This document shows positions 29,431 to 35,450 of a DNA stretch of 35,450 nucleotides, piece after piece. The notes under the pieces are model-generated. The model made no database searches. It saw only the letters and a list, made by a program, of their open reading frames with translations, and was not told where the DNA came from. The position numbers and the translations under genes are program-made. The DNA comes from Archangium sp. (lineage in GTDB: Bacteria; Myxococcota; Myxococcia; Myxococcales; Myxococcaceae): assembly GCA_031367385.1 (NCBI GenBank), contig JANLPS010000430.1:1-35450 (forward strand), read 5' to 3'. Position 1 is the stretch's first letter. Each line of letters begins with the position of its first letter.

Positions 29431-29543
29431 TTCGCGAACCTTTCGTTGCTTCGGTTTCGCTCTAGACACAGCCCTTCTTGAAAACGGAAAGGGTCGATTT
29501 CATGAAGAAAATCGAGCCATTTGGCGGGGTGTGTCTTTTGCCC

Positions 29544-29570
29544 ACAACTCATGACACCCGCCGTCGATAA
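29544..29570 (+). promoter_or_regulatory. Putative sigma28-like promoter ACAA-N15-GTCGATAA
   Basis: -10 element matches GCCGATAA at 7 of 8 positions with 15-nt spacing; about 80 nt upstream of ATG 29649. Confidence 0.4.
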
Positions 29571-29648
29571 CTGTCTCAGACTGCGACGCCTTTCCGCTAC
29601 GGTGCGGCGTTTCGCTCGGCACATTTCGAACCAGGGGACACCACACTT

Positions 29649-31151
29649 ATGAGCATCGCTGCGCTGAAAAAACTCGAGACCAAGATTCTTTCTGACAACA
29701 AGATCACGGGCGACGAAGCGACCGCGCTGATCAAATCGGCTAGAGACGGCGGCAGCATCACCGCCGCTGAGAAGGCCGAGATCGCGGCGTTCTTGGCGAC
29801 CAACGCCTCGAAGATGGACCCCGCGGCCAAAGACATTCTCACCAAGTTCGTCGGGCTGCCCCCGGCGCCGAGCGGCGACGTGGTCAAGTCGATACCCGGG
29901 CCCGACAAGTCGAGCTTCGCTGACGACGTCGTGTTCTTGAGCCGCGATGGCTCGGTCAAGGGTGAGTCGAGCGTGCCGGCATTCACCCGCTCGTACGACG
30001 CGACCAAAGAAGGCCCCTTGCGCTTTCGTCACGGCAGCGAAGCGCCTCCCTCGACCCTCGTGGCGCCCAACGAATTGGCCGCCCTGAAGACCATCACCCC
30101 CGGCGCCTCGCTCGATGAGGCTGCCAAGGTCTTCGGCGTGAAGGTCAATGGCTTCGAGAAGATGGCCAACTCGAAAGACTTCTTCAACGCCGACGCCGAC
30201 TACTGGTGGGGCAAGTGCCACGCGTGGACCTGGTCTTCACTCTCGAAGACCATCGACAAGCTGGTCGACGTGCCCGGCCCCGAAGGCGAACGCGGTCTGT
30301 GGATCGCGGGTCAATTCATGAGCCGCGCCGACCTGGGCAACTGGATGATGGCGACCGCTGACACCATCTCGGTCAACGACGGCAATGAGCTGTTCGAGAG
30401 CAACCTCTCGGCGCTCGACCTGCTCAAGGGCACGACCCAGTACATGATGAACAACGGCGGCGGCGTGGTGGCCGACGTGTTCAACGACAAGAAGAAGGGC
30501 AAGAACGAGGTGTGGAACCAGCCCTTCGTGAGCGCGAAGATCGACACCAACACCTTGAGCGCCGCGAAGGCCAAAGAGATTCTGGCGCTGGCGAAGAGCG
30601 AAGGCGTCGACGGCACGCAGGTCAAGCAGGTCAGCGTCGAAGGCACCTACGGCGTCGAGCAGAGCGACGCGCACGAAGGCGACCCGGGCACCACCTCGAA
30701 GACGTGGAACATGTACGTCGTCACCGACGCGCAGGGCAAATCGCTCACCGCCTACATGGCCGATGACGAGAAGCTCAAGGCGATGACCGGCCTGCCCACC
30801 CAGAGCAGCGACGACATCCCCGAGTACTTCTGGAAGCCGACGTTGGAGGCGCTCAACGACACCCTCGAGGGCCGCCAGAACAACACCGTCGACTTCGACG
30901 CGCACGGCAAAGAGTTCAAGTTCTTCGTTGGCACCGTGCTCAAGAACGGCGTGCCTGCCACCACCCGCACCGCGTTCGAAAAAGACCTCGCCGCGCTGCC
31001 TGCTGGCGATGTCGACGCAATCAAGGCCGGAGAGCTGGCGAAGAAGTACGGCAACGTCGCCAACGCCTACTCCCCCGAGCAGTGGAAGCGCGCGCTCGCC
31101 TCACGCGGCCTCGATGCGAAGACCTTCGGCGCTGTCTGGCCGACGAACTAA
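29649..31151 (+). CDS. Transglutaminase-elicitor (GP42-like) domain protein with N-terminal EF-hand-like repeats
   Basis: WWGKCHAW and EVWNQP motifs characteristic of the TGase_elicitor family; PEYFW; no signal peptide; strongly biased codon usage. Confidence 0.7.
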   Translation: MSIAALKKLETKILSDNKITGDEATALIKSARDGGSITAAEKAEIAAFLATNASKMDPAAKDILTKFVGLPPAPSGDVVKSIPGPDKSSFADDVVFLSRDGSVKGESSVPAFTRSYDATKEGPLRFRHGSEAPPSTLVAPNELAALKTITPGASLDEAAKVFGVKVNGFEKMANSKDFFNADADYWWGKCHAWTWSSLSKTIDKLVDVPGPEGERGLWIAGQFMSRADLGNWMMATADTISVNDGNELFESNLSALDLLKGTTQYMMNNGGGVVADVFNDKKKGKNEVWNQPFVSAKIDTNTLSAAKAKEILALAKSEGVDGTQVKQVSVEGTYGVEQSDAHEGDPGTTSKTWNMYVVTDAQGKSLTAYMADDEKLKAMTGLPTQSSDDIPEYFWKPTLEALNDTLEGRQNNTVDFDAHGKEFKFFVGTVLKNGVPATTRTAFEKDLAALPAGDVDAIKAGELAKKYGNVANAYSPEQWKRALASRGLDAKTFGAVWPTN

Positions 31152-31185
31152 ACCGTCTTCGACACGTCAGCACGACCAGAAATTC

Positions 31186-31224
31186 CGCCCTTTCGTTTCA
31201 GTGAGAAACGAAAGGGCGTTGTTG
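31186..31224 (+). terminator. Hairpin terminator after the TGase-like gene
   Basis: Perfect 14-bp stem CGCCCTTTCGTTTC-AGTGA-GAAACGAAAGGGCG followed by TTGTT. Confidence 0.75.
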
Positions 31225-31248
31225 CGTTCGAGGTGTTAGTTGCCGCGT

Positions 31249-32055
31249 ATGAAAAGAGCTCTTCTGACGGCAATGATCGTGTTGGTTTCGGCGTGCGCGA
31301 CCTTCACTCGAAACGACGCAGAGCGAACCGTGGCCTCGGCCCTCGTCTCAGACGATCAGGAGTTTCAGCTCGGTTTGCAGGTGCATGAAGAGCTGAAGAA
31401 AGAGAACACCAAGTTCAACGAGAACCAGACGGTCGGCATCTACGTCGAGAACCTCGCGAAGAAGCTGCTCACCTCGGCTGACAAAGACCGCCCGGGCGTG
31501 TCGTGGCAGTACTTCGTCATCGACGACCCGAAAACGGTCAATGCGTTCGCGACTCCGGGTGGGCGCATCTACGTGTACACCGGGTTGTTGCTCGCGGCCG
31601 AGAACGAGGCCGAAGTCGCCGGAGTGCTCGGTCATGAAATCGGCCACGTCGTCGCCCGGCACTCGGCGCGGCAGCTCGTCGCCACCAAGGGCCTCGAGGT
31701 GGTCAGCAGCATGGCGCTTGGCAAAGAGCCCGGGCAAATCGGGTCACTCGTCGCCGCGCTGACCGGCAAGGGCGCGATGCTGGCCTACAGCCGCGAACAC
31801 GAGAGCGAGGCCGACACCTACGGAGCCCGCTACTCGAACGCGGCCGGGTATGACCCACACGGGCTCTCGTCGTTCTTTCAAAAGCTCGCGGCCAAGGAGG
31901 GCAACCCGGGTATTCTCGTGTGGATCTCGACCCACCCGGCGAGCGCCGATCGCGTTCAAGCGGTCAACGCGTACATCACCGCCAACGGTCTCAACAGCAC
32001 CAACCTGGGCGTCGCCGAGCTGAAGGCGGTTCAGGCGGCGCTGGGCAAGAAGTAG
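31249..32055 (+). CDS. M48 family zinc metalloprotease lipoprotein
   Basis: Lipobox VSA-C; VNAFATPGG, HEIGH, YSREHESEAD and STHP motifs. Confidence 0.92.
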   Translation: MKRALLTAMIVLVSACATFTRNDAERTVASALVSDDQEFQLGLQVHEELKKENTKFNENQTVGIYVENLAKKLLTSADKDRPGVSWQYFVIDDPKTVNAFATPGGRIYVYTGLLLAAENEAEVAGVLGHEIGHVVARHSARQLVATKGLEVVSSMALGKEPGQIGSLVAALTGKGAMLAYSREHESEADTYGARYSNAAGYDPHGLSSFFQKLAAKEGNPGILVWISTHPASADRVQAVNAYITANGLNSTNLGVAELKAVQAALGKK

Positions 32056-32056
32056 G

Positions 32057-32956
32057 TCAGCTCTTCGCTTTTTTCTTCTTCGGCGCCGCGGCCTTTTCTT
32101 CTGACCGTGGTGCGCGATGCGGGCCTTTTCGTTCAGTCTCGGCGGGCGCGTCGCTGCTGGCAGCGGTTGTCGCAGGGCTCGCCCCGGAGCGCGCGAGTGA
32201 GGCCTTGAGGGCCTCCATCAGGTCGACCACCTTGGCTTGCGGCGCGGCGACCGGCCTGAGCACCACGGTTTCACCGTTGATCTTGCGGTCGAGCAGGTCG
32301 CGCAATTTTTCGCGGTACTCGTCTTTGTATTGGTTGATCTCGAACTTGGGCTTGGCCAATTGGCTGACGAATTGGCGCGCCAGACTCAGCTCGGCGTCGC
32401 TGATGGTCGCGTCGGGTATCGGTACTTCACCCATGGGCTTCACTTCGTCGGCGAAGCGCAGTTGCTGCATCACCAGCGCCCCGTTGAGCGGGCGAAGCAC
32501 GATCAGGTTTTGCTTGCCCCGGCTGACGTACTTCGCGACCGCCGCGTGCTTCATGTCGGCCAGCGCGGCGGCGAGCAGCTTGTACGCGCGCTCGGCGCCC
32601 TTGTCGGGGCCCAGGTAGTACCCGCTCTCGAAGTACAGCGGGTCGACGGTCTCGAGCGGCACGAACTCGGTGATGTCCATCGAGCGGGAGGTCGCCAGCT
32701 CGAGCTTCTCGAGCTCATCGTCTGAGACGATGATGTACTGATCTTTGGCGAACTCGTAGCCCTTGACGATGTTGTCGCGGCCGACCGGCTCGTTGGTCTC
32801 GGGGTCGTACATCTGCTGTTTGAGCCGAATCTTTTTCTCGGCGTGCAGCTGGTTGAACGAGATCTTTCCCGACGAGTCGTTCGACGAGAAAACCTTCACC
32901 GGTATGTTGACCAGGCCGAAGCTTATGGTGGCTGTCCCCATCGCACGTGCGCTCAT
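32057..32956 (-). CDS. ku: Non-homologous end-joining protein Ku
   Basis: ISFGLVNIPV, IVKGYE, YYLGP, YKDEYRE and VVDLMEALKASL motifs plus a basic C-terminal tail. Confidence 0.96.
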   Translation of the reverse strand: MSARAMGTATISFGLVNIPVKVFSSNDSSGKISFNQLHAEKKIRLKQQMYDPETNEPVGRDNIVKGYEFAKDQYIIVSDDELEKLELATSRSMDITEFVPLETVDPLYFESGYYLGPDKGAERAYKLLAAALADMKHAAVAKYVSRGKQNLIVLRPLNGALVMQQLRFADEVKPMGEVPIPDATISDAELSLARQFVSQLAKPKFEINQYKDEYREKLRDLLDRKINGETVVLRPVAAPQAKVVDLMEALKASLARSGASPATTAASSDAPAETERKGPHRAPRSEEKAAAPKKKKAKS

Positions 32957-32982
32957 GTCGGAGTACCGTAGATCACTTTCTG

Positions 32983-34845
32983 ATGGCGGCCAGAATACCC
33001 CCCGTTTCAGCTGATGACATGGTGCTACAGCTCGCCGAACCGCGATCTGCCGCTTTCAGCGCGCCCGGCTGGCTGTTCGAGCTCAAGCTCGACGGGTTTC
33101 GGTTACTCGCCGAGCGAATTGCCGGCGAGGTGCGCTTGCTGCTGCGCCGGGGTCGACAGGCAGGGCACCTTTTCCCTGAAATCGCGGTGGCTTTGGGGCG
33201 CCTGCCGGGCCCCGACTTCGTCATCGACGGAGAGCTGGTCATTCAAGACGCCGACGGCCGGCCCATCTTTCAGCGGCTGCTCAAGCGCTCGACGCTGGCG
33301 AATCAGGAAGACATCGACGCAGGGGCGAGGGCCGACCCGGCGGTGTTCTTCGGGTTCGACCTGTTGATGCTCGATGGGCAAGACCTGCGTGAGCTGCCCT
33401 TGCGTGAGCGAAAGCGGCTGCTCTTCGGCCTGCTGCCCAAGGGCATCGACCAACGGGTGCTCTCGGTCGATCACGTCGAGGCCGAGGGCGAGGCTTTGCT
33501 CGACTTGGTTCGCCGACAGGGGCTCGAGGGGGTGATGGCGAAGAAGGCCGACGCTCCGTACCGCGGCGGCCGCAGCGATTCGTGGCTCAAGATCGCGCTC
33601 AAGGTCACCGGAGACTTCGCGGTGGTCGGGTACGCTGATGACTGGGGAGCGCTCTACCTCGCCACGTGGAATGGCTCGCAGTTCGTCTTCTCGGGCAAGG
33701 TGGGGTCGGGGTTCACTCCGAAGATCGCCAAGCTGGTGCATGCGCAGCTCGAGCGAACTGCCCGCCGCGCCCCCAACTGCGTGGGAGACTTGAAGGCCGA
33801 GAAAGAGGCCGTTTGGGTCGAGCCGACGCTGGTCTGCGAGGTTCGCTACAAGAATTGGCCTGAGGGCCTGAGCATTCGCGAGCCGGTGTTTCTGCGCTTT
33901 CGCGACGACAAAGACGTGCGCGAATGCCCGTCGCCTCGAGACTTCGCGCCCAGCGCACCGCCTCCGGTGGTCAAGGCGCTGAGCAACCCGACGAAGGTCT
34001 ATTTCCCCGATGACGGCATCACCAAGAGTGAGGTGGTCGAGTACTACCGGGCGGTCTCGAAGTGGCTGTTGCCCTACCTCATCGACAGGCCGCTGATGCT
34101 CACCCGGTACCCCGACGGCATCGCAGGCAAGAATTTCTTTCAGAAGGCCAAGCCCGATAAAGCGCCCAGCTTCATTCGAACGGTGCGGGTGCACAGCGAC
34201 GAGAACAACCGCGAGCTCGATCAGATCGTCTGCGATGATTTGAAGACGCTCGAGTGGTGCGCGGCGATGGGCACGCTGGTGCTGCACATACCGTATGCGC
34301 GGGTGGCGGCGCTCGATCGGGCCGATTGGTGCGTGATCGACTTCGACCCCAAAGAGGCCCCGTTCGCGCACGTGCTGACGTTGGCTCGCACGCTCAGGGC
34401 GATCTGCGATTCGGCGGGGCTGCCGTCGTTCGTGAAGACGACCGGGTCATCGGGTCTGCACGTGCTCGTGCCCCTCGGAGGCCAGCTCGATCACGCCGGC
34501 GCGAAGCAACTGTCTGAGCTGCTCTCGGTACTGCTGATCGCCCAGCACCCAGACCTGGCGACCAATGAGCGGTCGATGAACAAGCGAAAGGGCCGCGTGT
34601 ACATCGATACCCTGCAGAACGGGCACGGCAAGGTCGTGGCGGCTCCGTTCTCGGTGCGGGCGAAGGCCAGAGCACCGGTCTCGATGAGCCTTCATTGGAG
34701 CGAGCTGACCGCTGACCTCACCCCCACGACGTTCACCATTCGCGACGCGATTTCGCGCCTCGAGAAGCATGGAGACCCGATGGCCGAGGTGCTCGTACTC
34801 AAGCCTGACCTCGGCGCGGCGCTGGCCAAGTTGGTGTCGCGGTGA
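32983..34845 (+). CDS. ligD: DNA ligase D (ligase + polymerase domains, no phosphoesterase domain)
   Basis: FELKLDGFR (adenylated Lys), IDGE, FDL, EGVMAK, WLK and GKVGSG; polymerase motifs RYPDG, FFQK, DFDP, KTTGSSGLH and IDTLQN; divergent from ku; start uncertain. Confidence 0.92.
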   Translation: MAARIPPVSADDMVLQLAEPRSAAFSAPGWLFELKLDGFRLLAERIAGEVRLLLRRGRQAGHLFPEIAVALGRLPGPDFVIDGELVIQDADGRPIFQRLLKRSTLANQEDIDAGARADPAVFFGFDLLMLDGQDLRELPLRERKRLLFGLLPKGIDQRVLSVDHVEAEGEALLDLVRRQGLEGVMAKKADAPYRGGRSDSWLKIALKVTGDFAVVGYADDWGALYLATWNGSQFVFSGKVGSGFTPKIAKLVHAQLERTARRAPNCVGDLKAEKEAVWVEPTLVCEVRYKNWPEGLSIREPVFLRFRDDKDVRECPSPRDFAPSAPPPVVKALSNPTKVYFPDDGITKSEVVEYYRAVSKWLLPYLIDRPLMLTRYPDGIAGKNFFQKAKPDKAPSFIRTVRVHSDENNRELDQIVCDDLKTLEWCAAMGTLVLHIPYARVAALDRADWCVIDFDPKEAPFAHVLTLARTLRAICDSAGLPSFVKTTGSSGLHVLVPLGGQLDHAGAKQLSELLSVLLIAQHPDLATNERSMNKRKGRVYIDTLQNGHGKVVAAPFSVRAKARAPVSMSLHWSELTADLTPTTFTIRDAISRLEKHGDPMAEVLVLKPDLGAALAKLVSR

Positions 34846-35156
34846 AGCTGTTTCACATCACGAGTCGTGACGCGTGGCAGGCGGCGAAGGCCGAAGGGGT
34901 TTACCGCGCCCCTTCGCTGTCGACGCAGGGGTTCATTCACCTCTCTGAAGACCGGCAGTGGCCGCTCACGTTGAGGCGGTTTTATTCGGGGCAGCAGGGG
35001 CTGGTGCTGCTGGTGCTCGAGTCGAGCCTGCTTCGGGCCGAGGTGCGGTCGGAGCCGGCCGATGGTGACCACTTTCCACACCTGTATGGCGAGCTGAACC
35101 TCGATGCAGTCACCGAGGTGCGCGAGCTCGAGGCCCAGCAGCACTTCATTGGCTGA
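34842..35156 (+). CDS. DUF952 family protein
   Basis: LFHI...W, SL..QGFIHLS and FPHLYGELN motifs; GTGA overlap with the ligD stop. Confidence 0.9.
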   Translation: MKLFHITSRDAWQAAKAEGVYRAPSLSTQGFIHLSEDRQWPLTLRRFYSGQQGLVLLVLESSLLRAEVRSEPADGDHFPHLYGELNLDAVTEVRELEAQQHFIG

Positions 35157-35450
35157 GCCGCCACGACAAGCCCAGCAGCACGAGCACGAGCGCACAGAGC
35201 AACACCACGGCGGGCCCCACCACGCCCACCACTGCGGCGACGAGCACCAGCCCCCCCGCCACCAGGTGCGGCCGGTACGAGCCCAGGCCGAGCGTCGCGC
35301 GGAAGACCGCCTGCCCCATGAGAAACAGGGCGACCCCGGCCGAGGTCGTGACCGCCAGAGCGATGCCGAGCGGCTCCACCGGGTGGTGGATGGCCGCGTT
35401 GAGCCCCGCTGCGCAGAGCACCACAGCAACGGCATCTGGGCGGCGCGCGG
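35146..35450 (-). CDS. C-terminal part of a multi-pass membrane protein, LtrA (low temperature requirement A)-like; 5' end outside the window
   Basis: VVLCAAGLNAAIHHP...GVALFLMG..VFR followed by hydrophobic helices. Confidence 0.55.
   Translation of the reverse strand, partial: ARRPDAVAVVLCAAGLNAAIHHPVEPLGIALAVTTSAGVALFLMGQAVFRATLGLGSYRPHLVAGGLVLVAAVVGVVGPAVVLLCALVLVLLGLSWRLSQ

Noticed and set aside
33103..34371. 422-aa minus-strand ORF
   Set aside because: Antisense to ligD, which has all catalytic motifs.

Overview
GC-rich bacterial chromosomal segment, most likely Myxococcota (inferred from a stand-alone GroEL2-type chaperonin, a large Ser/Thr kinase-STAND-WD40 protein, an ECF sigma/anti-sigma/caspase cluster and many lipoproteins). 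Housekeeping genes are nadA, prfA-prmC-murA, groEL with a CIRCE operator, kbl-tdh-dNK-thioesterase and ku/ligD. The most notable element is at 17.4-24.6 kb. A HEAT-repeat gene and a catalytically non-canonical aldo/keto-reductase-fold gene precede a 1746-aa kinase-nSTAND-TM-WD40 receptor-like gene whose 3' half is compositionally atypical. Directly downstream is a 34-aa double-glycine-leader peptide gene that is absent from the ORF track (MKLKPLNLKLIKTLNNGELKNVVGG|VATGSCCGA). It has its own sigma54-type promoter, IHF-like site, RBS and terminator, so the locus is a candidate peptide-signal/RiPP plus receptor-kinase module. Also of interest: an ECF sigma/anti-sigma/outer-membrane caspase cluster flanked by two paralogous lipoproteins sharing a T(R/K)RDGL motif, a transglutaminase-elicitor-like protein, sigma28-like promoters before proteins lacking signal peptides, and a 38-aa hyper-basic protein divergent from prfA. 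No rRNA, tRNA, CRISPR array or mobile element was recognised. All family assignments are from motif recognition, not database searches.
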